DNA of 64,000 bases from an uncultured delta proteobacterium (GTDB lineage Bacteria; Desulfobacterota; Desulfobacteria; Desulfobacterales; JAFDCJ01): positions 224,001 through 288,000 of the forward strand of contig CAVYNY010000020.1 in NCBI GenBank assembly GCA_963769935.1, in the 5' to 3' direction. Shown here piece by piece: positions 21,608 through 31,127 of the stretch. Under the pieces are notes generated by a model, which did not search any database, was not told the DNA's origin, and saw only the letters and a program-made list of their open reading frames with translations. Both the position numbers and the translations under genes were made by a program. Every line of letters starts with the position of its first letter. The first letter of the stretch is position 1.

Positions 21608-22294
21608 TCATTTTCCCTTACGCAGCCGGCGAAGTTTTCGCTTCAATTTCACCTGCAATCGCTTAAGAGGAGTTATCGGGGCGCCTTCAAAGCGTGATCT
21701 GAGTTCCACATAGAAGCTGGATAATGAATTCAGCGTCAACTTAAACAGGTCATCCCGGCCATCGGTCGCGCCGCGGCAGATGTGATGATGGCAACCGATG
21801 GCAACGGCTTGAACCGGCACGAGCATCTGGATCTTCGATAGATCATCCAACTCCAATCTTTTTTCTGCCGACTCAATCTGCATTGCGGCCGCACGCACGT
21901 CATGTCTATCCCGGGCATATTCCTTATAGCGCATGGCGATAAGCTTTTTCCAGATCTTAAGGTGTTCGGCCGCGACGCCTAGGGTCCTCAAGTAGTTAAT
22001 ATGAGCTTTGGAAATTTTTTTGTTCAGATTGGAAAGATAGCCGCGGAATTCTCCGGCAACCCGGAGATCGGGCGCCTCGAGTACGAGCATGATCAGGACA
22101 ACCGCGGCAACCACCAGCTCATTGAAGATGCGGTCCTGCTCCGTCTGACTCAGATGCTCGAAGCGTGCCAGGTGTCGGAACTGTTTGTCATTAAACAGCT
22201 GGAACGCGGCGTTGCCGGCGGCCTGCACCAGAGCCGCCGCCGTTTCTCCGGCCATTTGATCGAGTGATTCAAATGGCGGTTTATTCTTCGTCAT
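21608..22294 (-). CDS. Hypothetical protein
   Basis: 228-aa ORF with ATG start and helical composition; no family recognised. Confidence 0.65.
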   Translation of the reverse strand: MTKNKPPFESLDQMAGETAAALVQAAGNAAFQLFNDKQFRHLARFEHLSQTEQDRIFNELVVAAVVLIMLVLEAPDLRVAGEFRGYLSNLNKKISKAHINYLRTLGVAAEHLKIWKKLIAMRYKEYARDRHDVRAAAMQIESAEKRLELDDLSKIQMLVPVQAVAIGCHHHICRGATDGRDDLFKLTLNSLSSFYVELRSRFEGAPITPLKRLQVKLKRKLRRLRKGK

Positions 22295-22303
22295 GTCGTT
22301 TAC

Positions 22304-22489
22304 TCAGATAATCGATATCCCGGCGTTTTCGGGCAAGTTTGATCCGATAAAAAATTGGGTAAAAAATTGGGTCTGCGCTTTCAGCGGCGAAGTATGCGGG
22401 AAAACGCCGGGCATGTCAACAAACATAAGGAATTCTTCTATCAGAATTTCACCTGGTGTTATGGGTTCAAGTTTTTTCATGATGGACAC
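22304..22489 (-). pseudogene. higA: HigA antitoxin N-terminal remnant
   Basis: MKKLEPITPGEILIEEFL then loss of similarity; AAGGAG RBS; follows higB remnant. Confidence 0.7.
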
Positions 22490-22492
22490 TCC

Positions 22493-22640
22493 TTAATGAT
22501 AATCAACAATTTCGACGTCTTCTGCGAATCCATCCAACCAACGAAAGCAGATTCGCCACTGATCATTGATGCGAATGCTGCATTGACCGGAACGATCTCC
22601 CTTGAGTGCCTCAAGGTGATTGCCAGGTGGAACTCTTATC
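22493..22640 (-). pseudogene. higB: HigB (RelE-like) toxin C-terminal remnant
   Basis: RVPPGNHLEALKGDRSGQCSIRINDQWRICFRW...VEIVDYH; N-terminal half absent. Confidence 0.8.
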
Positions 22641-22716
22641 AACCCCAAGCTGAGCGGCCGGGGACGAGCAGACACGGCCTTTCCAAAAGCCTGAATCTTT
22701 GATTAATGATGAATTC

Positions 22717-22763
22717 CCTTAAGCGCCGCAGGCCCCCCGGTCCGCTTGAGCGCCTGGTTGGCC
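22717..22763 (-). mobile_element. Degenerate integron attC site (R' box lost)
   Basis: minus strand GGCCAAC-CAGGC-GCTCAAGCGGAC...GCGCTTAAG about 40 nt after the ferredoxin stop. Confidence 0.55.
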
Positions 22764-22801
22764 ATATGCTGCAAGAACAAGAAACTTTACATAATTCGAC
22801 T

Positions 22802-23611
22802 CTACACATCTATCCCAAAAATTTGAGGTTCTTTCCGAGTACTGCAATTTTCATTTAACCAGTTGGCAATTTTTTTCATCATGCTGTCTTCCCAAACCCT
22901 TGCACCTGTGGGACAGTTTTTAATACAAGCACAACAGCGAATGCATAGCTCGATTTTAGTTGCCACGCTCGCATTAATTGAAATGGCTGCAGTTGGACAT
23001 ACACTGGCGCACGTACCACAAACTGTGCATGTGTCTTCTTTGGTCACTGGTGAAACAGCCATAGATCGCGCTCCGCCTTCATATGGAAATCTGCCGGGAA
23101 TTTCCAAATCCATTTGGGCATCAGGTGATTGTAACGCTGTGACTTTATCTTTAATTTTTGCTCCAAAATCCATTGCCTTTTGAACATCCAGGCTATCCGG
23201 ACGTCCATTTGCGATGGGGACATCCTTTGTTGCAAAAGAGTGCTCCCCGATGAATGCACCACCGGCAACCGGATTAAAGCCTAACTCAATTGCAAGATTT
23301 TTTAATTCTAACAATGCATCTTCAAACTCCCGGTTCCCATATACAACTATGAGAATCGCTAAGGTTTTGCTTGCTTTTATCTGTTTGAATCGATTGATTG
23401 CATCAACTGGCAGACGACCACCGTAAACAGGTGCACCTATAATTACGAGTTCATCTGAAAAGGGCGGAATTGTTTGTTGAGCTCCTTCCGGAAGTGTCAA
23501 ATTAATATGCTCGACATCTTCAACAGTGATACCTTTAGCAATACTTTCCAATACTTTTTGAGTGGTTCCAGTGGGTGAAAAATAGATGAGTTTTACCTTT
23601 TTAACTTCCAT
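22802..23611 (-). CDS. EFR1-family flavodoxin-fold / 2x[4Fe-4S] ferredoxin protein
   Basis: IYFSPTGTT, PVYGGR, VYGNR; CTVCGTCASVCP and CIRCCACIKNCP; GGAGGAG RBS before ATG 23611; visibly AT-richer than flanks. Confidence 0.88.
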   Translation of the reverse strand: MEVKKVKLIYFSPTGTTQKVLESIAKGITVEDVEHINLTLPEGAQQTIPPFSDELVIIGAPVYGGRLPVDAINRFKQIKASKTLAILIVVYGNREFEDALLELKNLAIELGFNPVAGGAFIGEHSFATKDVPIANGRPDSLDVQKAMDFGAKIKDKVTALQSPDAQMDLEIPGRFPYEGGARSMAVSPVTKEDTCTVCGTCASVCPTAAISINASVATKIELCIRCCACIKNCPTGARVWEDSMMKKIANWLNENCSTRKEPQIFGIDV

Positions 23612-23791
23612 TGTTATCTCCTCCTGCTCACGAGAGCTTCCCATAAATACCTTCATTTGCTCTTCTTTCAATTACGATTATTATAAATTTGGGGGGGATT
23701 TATGGGACGTCCATTGATTTATTGATTTTTGCCTGATACCGGTTGAGAGAATATAAACGATGCATATCCATAAAATTTTATAATATCAGAT

Positions 23792-24139
23792 ATGTCTGAA
23801 CAAAAAAATCGAAAATTATTGGATGAGGTGCGGGATTACTTGCAGCTTCATCATTATTCGATTTATACAGAAAGAACCTGTTACGACTGGATAATAAAAT
23901 TTGTTCAATTTCACCAAATGAAATCAAGAAAGGATTCGAAACGTTTCGACAAATTTCATCCGAGTCTTTTCCCTTTCATTTTTAATAAATTTGTGATTAA
24001 TTTTTCACAACAAAAAAAATATTATCCTTATCATCAGTGTCCCATATTTTTAAACTATGAGCGATCCGCTATCAACCGCAGGGCGGACATCTTGGGGGTG
24101 TTTCCATGTCCGATAACACTGAGATTTCCAAGGCAATGA
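23792..24139 (+). pseudogene. intI: Integron integrase N-terminal (SAM-like) fragment; similarity ends near 23930
   Basis: KLLDEVRDYLQLHHYSIYTERTCYDWIIKFVQFH resembles IntI N-termini; no catalytic domain follows. Confidence 0.75.
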
Positions 24140-26157
24140 ATATCCACCTGGGAGAAATTTTTGATGATTTGCCTGCCATGCCGCAATTTGTGGAAGGCAT
24201 TCGCCGCGCGCCCGCCCGGCATTTTAACCTCTCTCAAAAAGATACCGCGCTAGCCCTTAAAAATGCCCTGCGCTACATTCCTGAAAAGTGGCATCAGACC
24301 CTGGCGCCCGAGTTCCTGGAGGAGCTGCTCTCAAGGGGTCGAATTTACGGTTACCGATTCAGACCTGAAGGTACGCTCAAAGGCAAGCCGATTGAAGAAT
24401 ACCGGGGCAACTGCATCGAAGGCCAAGCCTTTCAGGTCATGATTGAAAACAACCTGGACTTTGATGTGGCCCTGTATCCTTACGAACTGGTGACCTACGG
24501 CGAAACCGGTCAGGTCTGCCAGAACTGGATGCAGTACCGGCTGATCAAGCGCTACCTGGAGGTGCTTACCCGAGACCAGACCCTGGTGATGGAATCCGGC
24601 CATCCGCTGGGCTTGTTTGCGTCATCGCCGGATGCCCCGCGGGTGATCATCACCAATGCGCTGATGGTGGGCTGCTTTGACGACCAGGACAACTGGCACC
24701 GCGCCATGGCACTGGGGGTGGCCAACTACGGCCAGATGACGGCCGGCGGCTGGATGTACATCGGCCCCCAGGGAATCGTGCACGGTACTTACAGCACCAT
24801 TCTCAATGCCGGACGGGCCAAGCTGGGGATACCCGCCGATAAAGATTTAACCGGACATTTGTTCGTATCCTCCGGGCTGGGCGGCATGAGCGGCGCCCAG
24901 GGCAAGGCCGTGGAGATTGCCAACGGGGTGGCCGTCATCGCCGAGGTCGATAAAACCAGGATTCAAACCCGGCTGGAACAGGGATGGATTAAAAAATCCG
25001 TCGAAGATCCGGCCGAAGCCTTCAAACTGGCGGCCGACCACCTGCGGGCCCAAAAGAGCATCTCCATCGCCTATTCCGGCAACGTGGTGGATCTGATCGA
25101 ATACGCGGTCAACAGCCATATTAAAATTGGTTTGCTGTCGGATCAAACGTCCTGCCACGCGGTCTACGAGGGCGGGTACTGCCCCCAGGGGATTTCGTTT
25201 GAAGAGCGCACGGAGCTGCTAAAGTCCGGCCATGCCGGCTTCAAGGAAATGGTGGACGCTACCCTGAGACGTCATTATGAATTGATTAAAATCCTGGTTG
25301 AGCGCGGGACCTATTTTTTCGATTACGGCAACAGTTTTTTAAAGGCCGTTTATGATGCCGGCGTCACCGATATCTGCAAAAACGGGAAGGATGCGCTGGA
25401 TGGATTTGTTTTACAATCCTACGTGGAAGACCTCATGGGACCCATTCTGTTCGACTACGGCTACGGTCCCTTTCGCTGGGTGTGCCTGAGCGGCAGGCAG
25501 GAAGATCTGCTCAAAACCGATCAGGCCGCCATGGCGTGCATTGATCCGGACCGCCGATTTCAGGATCGCGACAACTACATCTGGATCAGGGACGCCGCCC
25601 AAAACAAACTGGTGGTCGGCACCAAAGCCAGGATATTATACCAGGATGCCTGGGGCCGCATGACCATTGCCCTTAAATTCAACGAAATGGTGCGCACCGG
25701 AGCAATCGGCCCGGTGATGCTGGGCCGGGACCACCACGACACCGGCGGCACGGATTCGCCCTTCAGGGAAACCGCCAACATCAAAGACGGCAGCAATATC
25801 ATGGCGGACATGGCCACCCAGTGCTTTGCCGGCAATGCCTGCCGCGGCATGAGCCTGGTGGCCCTGCACAACGGCGGCGGCGTCGGCATCGGCAAGGCCA
25901 TCAACGGCGGCTTCGGCCTGGTATTGGACGGCAGTGAACGCGTGGATAACGTCATCAAAAAGGCCATCCCCTGGGATGTTATGGGCGGCGTTGCCCGCCG
26001 CGCCTGGGCCCGCAATGAAAATTCCATCGCCACCGGCATCGCCTATAATGAAATGCGCCGGGACTCGGATCATATCACATTGCCGTTTCTTACCGATGAG
26101 AGGATGGTGGAAGGCCTGGTATCGAAAGCCTTTGAAAAACTAGAAGCGAAAGGTTAG
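24106..26157 (+). CDS. hutU: Urocanate hydratase (long form)
   Basis: PYELVTYG, YGQMTAGGWMYIGPQGIVHGT, GLGGMSGAQ, SDQTSCH, GRDHHD, HNGGGVG. Confidence 0.96.
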   Translation: MSDNTEISKAMNIHLGEIFDDLPAMPQFVEGIRRAPARHFNLSQKDTALALKNALRYIPEKWHQTLAPEFLEELLSRGRIYGYRFRPEGTLKGKPIEEYRGNCIEGQAFQVMIENNLDFDVALYPYELVTYGETGQVCQNWMQYRLIKRYLEVLTRDQTLVMESGHPLGLFASSPDAPRVIITNALMVGCFDDQDNWHRAMALGVANYGQMTAGGWMYIGPQGIVHGTYSTILNAGRAKLGIPADKDLTGHLFVSSGLGGMSGAQGKAVEIANGVAVIAEVDKTRIQTRLEQGWIKKSVEDPAEAFKLAADHLRAQKSISIAYSGNVVDLIEYAVNSHIKIGLLSDQTSCHAVYEGGYCPQGISFEERTELLKSGHAGFKEMVDATLRRHYELIKILVERGTYFFDYGNSFLKAVYDAGVTDICKNGKDALDGFVLQSYVEDLMGPILFDYGYGPFRWVCLSGRQEDLLKTDQAAMACIDPDRRFQDRDNYIWIRDAAQNKLVVGTKARILYQDAWGRMTIALKFNEMVRTGAIGPVMLGRDHHDTGGTDSPFRETANIKDGSNIMADMATQCFAGNACRGMSLVALHNGGGVGIGKAINGGFGLVLDGSERVDNVIKKAIPWDVMGGVARRAWARNENSIATGIAYNEMRRDSDHITLPFLTDERMVEGLVSKAFEKLEAKG

Positions 26158-26370
26158 CCCGTTTGCCAGTTGCCGGTTATCCGGTTATCCTCGCCGTAGC
26201 GGGATTTAGCCTGTCGAAAACATATTGGCTAATTGGCTAACAGGCCAACGGATTAAGGGGCCACGGGCCAACCGGCCAACCATGGCCAACGGGCTAACGG
26301 CCCAACGGCCCAACGGGCTAACGGGCCAACGGGCTAACAGGCCAACGGGCTAACAGGCGCAACCGATCAA
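26153..26370. repeat. Inverted 8-mer arrays between hutU and ftcD
   Basis: 5 gtt(a/t)gcc(c/g)-like units at 26153-26191; about 17 gggc(c/t)aac-like units at 26226-26370 ending at the ftcD RBS. Confidence 0.85.
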
Positions 26371-26380
26371 GGAGAAAAAA

Positions 26381-27286
26381 ATGTCATCGATGAAAAAGAT
26401 ATTGGAATGCGTACCGAATTTCAGCGAGGGGCGCGATCTGGATAAATTGGAAAAAATCCTGGAACCTTTGCGCGGCAAAGACGGTGTCAAGCTGTTGGAC
26501 TTTCAAAACGATGAAGACCACAACCGGGCGGTCGTTACGATCGTCGGCGAGCCCGATCCGTTGAAGGCCGCCGTCATTGAATCCATGGGGGTTGCCATCG
26601 AGGTCATCGATATGCGCCGGCATCAGGGCCAGCACCCCCGGATGGGCGCCATCGATGTGGTCCCGTTTATTCCGGTGAAAAATATCAGCCTGGAGGAGGC
26701 GGTCGATATTTCAAAGGATGTCGCCGCGAAGGCGGCCGCCAAGTACAATCTGCCGATTTATTTATATGAGAAATCCGCCTCCAAGCCCGAACGGCAAAAC
26801 CTGGCTGCCGTCAGAAAGGGTCAGTTCGAGGGCATGGCTGAAAAAATCACCCAGCCGGAGTGGAAGCCTGATTTCGGTCCGGCGCAGATTCACCCTTCGG
26901 CCGGGGTGACTGCCATGGGTGCCAGGATGCCGCTGGTGGCCTATAATGTGAATTTAGCCACCCCTGATTTTGAAATCGCCGACAAGATCGCCAGGCAGGT
27001 CCGGCACCTTAGCGGCGGTCTGCGATACTGCAAGGCGATCGGCATTGAATTAAAGGACCGGGGCCTGGTCCAGGTTTCGATGAATATGACCGACTACAGC
27101 AAAACCGCCTTATACCGCGTGTTTGAGCTGATAAAAATCGAAGCCCGGCGCTACGGCGTCAGTGTCGTGGGCAGCGAAATCATCGGCCTGGTGCCCATGG
27201 AAGCCCTGATGGACACCGCGGCCTATTACCTGGGGCTGGAGGATTTTTCCATGGAGCAGGTGCTGGAGACGAGGATATGGGAGTAG
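26381..27286 (+). CDS. ftcD: Glutamate formiminotransferase
   Basis: LECVPNFSEGRD, DHNR, HPRMGAIDVVPF, VQVSMN, SEIIGLVP. Confidence 0.95.
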   Translation: MSSMKKILECVPNFSEGRDLDKLEKILEPLRGKDGVKLLDFQNDEDHNRAVVTIVGEPDPLKAAVIESMGVAIEVIDMRRHQGQHPRMGAIDVVPFIPVKNISLEEAVDISKDVAAKAAAKYNLPIYLYEKSASKPERQNLAAVRKGQFEGMAEKITQPEWKPDFGPAQIHPSAGVTAMGARMPLVAYNVNLATPDFEIADKIARQVRHLSGGLRYCKAIGIELKDRGLVQVSMNMTDYSKTALYRVFELIKIEARRYGVSVVGSEIIGLVPMEALMDTAAYYLGLEDFSMEQVLETRIWE

Positions 27287-27287
27287 G

Positions 27288-27364
27288 GCTGGATGCTGGA
27301 TACTGGATGCTGGATACTGGATGCTGGATGTTGGATGCTGGAAGCTTGATACCGGCTGCTGGAT
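27288..27364 (+). repeat. 11 x 7-mer array (RCTGGAT)
   Basis: gctggat gctggat actggat gctggat actggat gctggat gttggat gctggaa gcttgat accggct gctggat. Confidence 0.9.
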
Positions 27365-27427
27365 TAAAGATGATAGATGGTCAGAATGCATACTATGAAC
27401 AAATAGAAAAGGATTAAGGGGGGAAGT

Positions 27428-27805
27428 TTGAGCTATAAGAAATTGGAAATTTGGCAGCTTGCTCATGAACTGGTTATTGACAAACATTTTATGACTCTGA
27501 ATAAGCTGCCAAAATTTGAAATGTATGAGGAAGGGGCTCAAATTCGGAAATCTTGCAAATCGGTAAAATCGACAATTGTGGAAGGCTACGGAAGGCGAAG
27601 ATACAAGCAGGAATTTATTCGTTTCCTAACTTATGCATTGGGTTCAAATGATGAAACACTTGATCATCTCGAAACACTATTTGAGACCGGTTCATTAACC
27701 GATCGCCCATTATATGAAGAGCTGCATCAGCGGATTGACCTTTTAGGGAAAAAAATAAATCTATTCATTCAATCCGTCCAAAAAAAACATATCAGCGAAA
27801 AGTGA
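27428..27805 (+). CDS. Four-helix-bundle protein (23S rRNA-IVP / TIGR02436-like)
   Basis: [45 protein letters not shown] start; AT-rich. Confidence 0.9.
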   Translation: MSYKKLEIWQLAHELVIDKHFMTLNKLPKFEMYEEGAQIRKSCKSVKSTIVEGYGRRRYKQEFIRFLTYALGSNDETLDHLETLFETGSLTDRPLYEELHQRIDLLGKKINLFIQSVQKKHISEK

Positions 27806-27846
27806 CAATTTTTTAACTTTTTAGATCAAGCTATCAAAAATTATGC

Positions 27847-27893
27847 ACCAGCATCATCAAGTATCGAGTATCAAGCATCCAGCATCCAGCATC
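27847..27893 (-). repeat. 7-mer array (ATCCAGC), reverse complement of 27288-27364
   Basis: atcaagt atcgagt atcaagc atccagc atccagc at 27856-27890. Confidence 0.85.
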
Positions 27894-27966
27894 AATTCGA
27901 AAAGTGCTTGACCTTCATTGACACTAACCATACAGGAACAAATAAAACAAAATAAAGGGCAACTCC

Positions 27967-29259
27967 ATGAATGGCAACATGATCATCAAAAACGCTTCCG
28001 AGCTGGTTACCTGCAGCGGATTTGCAGCCAAAAGGGGCGCGGATATGGCCGAGCTGCACATTATTTCCGACGGCGCTGTAATCATTAAAGCAGGCAGGAT
28101 CGAGGCAGTCGGAACGACGGAAGATATTGAAGCCAAACTGGGAAAGACCGGTGCGGATTTATCCGGCTTCGATGTCATCGATGCGCAAGGCAAGGCCGTT
28201 CTGCCCGGCTTTGTCGACTCGCACACCCATTTTGTTTTCGGCGGCTACCGGGCGGAAGAATTTGCCTGGCGCCTGCGCGGCGACGGCTACATGCAGATCA
28301 TGCAGCGCGGCGGCGGAATCGTCAATACGGTAAAGGCCACTCAAAAAGCCGACGCCAATGAACTGCTGCAATCCGGTATCAAACGGCTGGACTCCATGCT
28401 TTCCTTCGGGGTCACCACGGTTGAATGCAAAAGCGGCTATGGTCTGGATAAAGATACCGAGATCAAGCAGCTTGAAGTCATCAACCACCTGGACGGCATC
28501 CACTATATCGACATCGTCCCCACTTTTCTGGGCGCCCACGCGGTGCCCGCAAACTTCAAAGGCCGGGAAGATGAGTTTATCGAATTCATGGTCGAAGAAG
28601 TCATGCCGGTGGTAGCCGAGCGCAAGTTGGCGCAGTATTGCGATATCTTTTGCGAAAAAAATGTCTTCTCCGTCGAACAGTCCCGGCGATATCTCAGTAA
28701 AGCCAAAGAAATGGGTTTCAAGCTCAAACTTCACGCCGATGAAATCGTGCAGCTCGGAGGGGCCGAGCTGGCCGCTGAACTTCAGGCGACGTCGGCCGAT
28801 CATCTGCTGCAGGCTTCCGACGAAGGCATCCGGCAAATGGCCAAGGCCGGTGTGGTGGCCATCCTGCTGCCCGGAACCGCTTTCAGCCTGAAAGAAGCCT
28901 ATGCCCGCGGGCGTTTTATCATCGACAGCAATTGTGCCGTCGCGCTGGCGACTGATTTAAATCCGGGAAGCTGTTTCACGGAATCCATTCCCTTAATATT
29001 TGCCCTGGCAACCCTTTATATGGGCATCACAACCGAGGAAGCGGTTTCAGCATTGACAATCAACGCGGCGGCCGCCCTCGACAGAGCCGATGCCATCGGC
29101 AGCCTGGATGCCGGCAAACAGGGCGACCTGGTTGTGCTCGAATATCCTTCATATAAGTTCATTCCCTATCATATCGGGGTCAGCACCGTTGAAAAGGTCG
29201 TCAAAAATGGAAATCTGGTTTTTGATAAAGAAAAAAAAGGAGGGGTGATATATTGTTGA
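27967..29259 (+). CDS. hutI: Imidazolonepropionase
   Basis: PGFVDSHTH, GGGI, KSGYGL, LGAHA, KLHADE, SADHL, ATDLNPGS. Confidence 0.96.
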   Translation: MNGNMIIKNASELVTCSGFAAKRGADMAELHIISDGAVIIKAGRIEAVGTTEDIEAKLGKTGADLSGFDVIDAQGKAVLPGFVDSHTHFVFGGYRAEEFAWRLRGDGYMQIMQRGGGIVNTVKATQKADANELLQSGIKRLDSMLSFGVTTVECKSGYGLDKDTEIKQLEVINHLDGIHYIDIVPTFLGAHAVPANFKGREDEFIEFMVEEVMPVVAERKLAQYCDIFCEKNVFSVEQSRRYLSKAKEMGFKLKLHADEIVQLGGAELAAELQATSADHLLQASDEGIRQMAKAGVVAILLPGTAFSLKEAYARGRFIIDSNCAVALATDLNPGSCFTESIPLIFALATLYMGITTEEAVSALTINAAAALDRADAIGSLDAGKQGDLVVLEYPSYKFIPYHIGVSTVEKVVKNGNLVFDKEKKGGVIYC

Positions 29260-29870
29260 CCGATCAAAAAATTACTGATTTCTTGCAGCAAACCGCTTCC
29301 GGAACGCCCGTTCCCGGGGGAGGTTCCGTTTCCGCCTTGAGTGCGGCCCTGGGAGCAGGGCTTACGGAAATGGTGGCAAATTTGACCGTGGGCAAAAAAA
29401 ATTATGAGGCGGTTGAAGGCGAAATGAAAAAAATTTCTGAGACGGCCGCCAACCTCAGAAAAAAACTGACGGCCGAAGTCGACAATGACGCCACTGCCTA
29501 CCAGGGAGTCCTGGCGGCGTTTAAATTGCCCCAAACGACGGAAGCCGAAAAAGAAACTCGAAGCCGGGCAATTCAGGAGGCCATGAAAAATGCCGCCCGG
29601 GTGCCGCTGGGGGTAGCCTATGATGCCCTGCAGGTTATGGATCTGGCTGAAACGGTGATAAGGAGCGGCAACCGGAATGCCGTCTCAGACGGCGCCGTAG
29701 GGGCGATGATGGCACGCACGGCCGTCCGGGGCGCGTTATTTAATGTGAAAATAAACCTGGTCTCCGTGAAAGACAAAGCCTTTGTCAAAGAAATGATGCA
29801 GGAAGCAAATAAACTGGAACAGCGGGTGCAGGAGCGGGAGAAAGAGATACTGGCATATGTGAGAATATAG
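29253..29870 (+). CDS. fchA: Formiminotetrahydrofolate cyclodeaminase
   Basis: PVPGGGSVSAL, MVANLT.GKK, GNRNAVSD, NVKINL. Confidence 0.92.
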   Translation: MLTDQKITDFLQQTASGTPVPGGGSVSALSAALGAGLTEMVANLTVGKKNYEAVEGEMKKISETAANLRKKLTAEVDNDATAYQGVLAAFKLPQTTEAEKETRSRAIQEAMKNAARVPLGVAYDALQVMDLAETVIRSGNRNAVSDGAVGAMMARTAVRGALFNVKINLVSVKDKAFVKEMMQEANKLEQRVQEREKEILAYVRI

Positions 29871-29873
29871 CTG

Positions 29874-30118
29874 GTTGTAAGTTGTGGGTTGTATGTGGTG
29901 AGTTGTATGTTGTGAGTTGTGTGTTGTCTGTTGTGAGTTGTGAGTTGTTTGTGGGGTGTTGAATGGGCATTTATTGTTTGCTGCTAACCAGCTGTCGTGA
30001 ATTGGCTGTAGCATTCGAAGTAAAATAGCGAATACAAAAAGCCAACTTTATGCAAGCGGGTTTTTTTTCGCGGTTGAAAACCGCTCCCACCCACAACATT
30101 CAACCCACAACTTACACC
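29874..30118. repeat. Inverted 7-mer arrays (GTTGTGA x13 / CCACAAC x4) with a REP-like hairpin between
   Basis: arrays at 29874-29964 and 30091-30118; agcggg...ccgctcccac at 30055-30090. Confidence 0.8.
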
Positions 30119-30190
30119 TCGCAATATCTACCATATTAGATAATTGCATATTACTATGTTAAGGCTGCAATCCGCGCCTCAGGCAATTCC

Positions 30191-31054
30191 ATGCAACTAT
30201 TTTTCGAACAATTACTCAACGGCATCGCTATGGGCTCCATCTATGCCCTGATCACCTTGGGGCTGGCGCTGGTTTATGGAATCCTGCGCATCCTGCATGT
30301 GGCTCACGCCGCGATTTACACGGTTGGTGCCTACGTGGGGCTTTATTTATTTCATCTGAGCGGCAGCCTGATTGTCGGCGTGGCCGGCAGCATGGTATTT
30401 TGCGCCGTACTCGGGGTGGCCATCGAACGGTTTGTTTACTACCCGCTGCTGAAGTACCCACCCTATGTCCCCCTGATCGGCAGCATTGCCGTGATGCTGG
30501 CGATCGAAGAGCTTTGCCGTCTGATTGCCGGTCCGCAGATTTTAACCTTTCCGGCTGAATTGCCTTTTCCTGAATTTCAAATCGGCGGCATTAACATATC
30601 ATCCACTTTGATGGCGGTTTATTGTATAACGGCCGTCGTGCTGATTGTGCTCTGGTATATTACCAGTAAAACGGAGCTGGGGCTGGCCATGCGGGCGACC
30701 TCCCAGGATATTCAGATTGCCGATGCCATGGGAATCAACAGCCACATTATCATCAGCATAACCTTTGTCATCGGCTCCGCCATCGCCGCGTTGGCCGGGA
30801 TTCTGGTCGGCATATATTACAACCAGGTTTATCCGACCATGGGCGCGGTGCCGGCTTACAAAACCCTAGCCCTGATCGTTGTCGGCGGGCTGGGATCGGT
30901 TCCGGGTGCTGTCATTGCTTCCCTGCTGCTCGGCGTGGCGGAAACACTGCTCATCGGATATGCCAATATTCCATTGCCCCGGGATGCGCTGGCATTCATC
31001 GCCATGATCGGTGTGCTGATGTGGCGCTCGGAAGGACTGCTCGGGTCGCGTTAG
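30191..31054 (+). CDS. livH: Branched-chain amino acid ABC permease (orphan)
   Basis: GSIYALITLGLALVYG, LGLAMRA, GGLGS.PGA. Confidence 0.9.
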   Translation: MQLFFEQLLNGIAMGSIYALITLGLALVYGILRILHVAHAAIYTVGAYVGLYLFHLSGSLIVGVAGSMVFCAVLGVAIERFVYYPLLKYPPYVPLIGSIAVMLAIEELCRLIAGPQILTFPAELPFPEFQIGGINISSTLMAVYCITAVVLIVLWYITSKTELGLAMRATSQDIQIADAMGINSHIIISITFVIGSAIAALAGILVGIYYNQVYPTMGAVPAYKTLALIVVGGLGSVPGAVIASLLLGVAETLLIGYANIPLPRDALAFIAMIGVLMWRSEGLLGSR

Positions 31055-31084
31055 GGTTTACGAATAAAAATAAGTTTACAATTT
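31051..31084. mobile_element. Single arm of the MITE-like element seen intact at 53758-53920
   Basis: ttagggtttacgaataaaaataagtttacaattt resembles ttagggctcactcaaaaataactttacatttt. Confidence 0.5.
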
Positions 31085-31127
31085 AACATCCGCCCAACTT
31101 CGGAAATTTAGCTTATATCTGCAAGGC

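Noticed and set aside
23612..23671. N-terminal extension MKVFMGSSRE resembling a TIR/CAP12 start
   Set aside because: Only about 10 residues; too short to support, and a better RBS precedes ATG 23611
27428..27805. Diversity-generating retroelement (Avd) or rRNA intervening sequence
   Set aside because: No reverse transcriptase, TR/VR pair or rRNA sequence recognisable in the window
26153..30118. Short repeat arrays as CRISPR
   Set aside because: Units are 7-8 bp and contiguous, with no unique spacers and no cas genes
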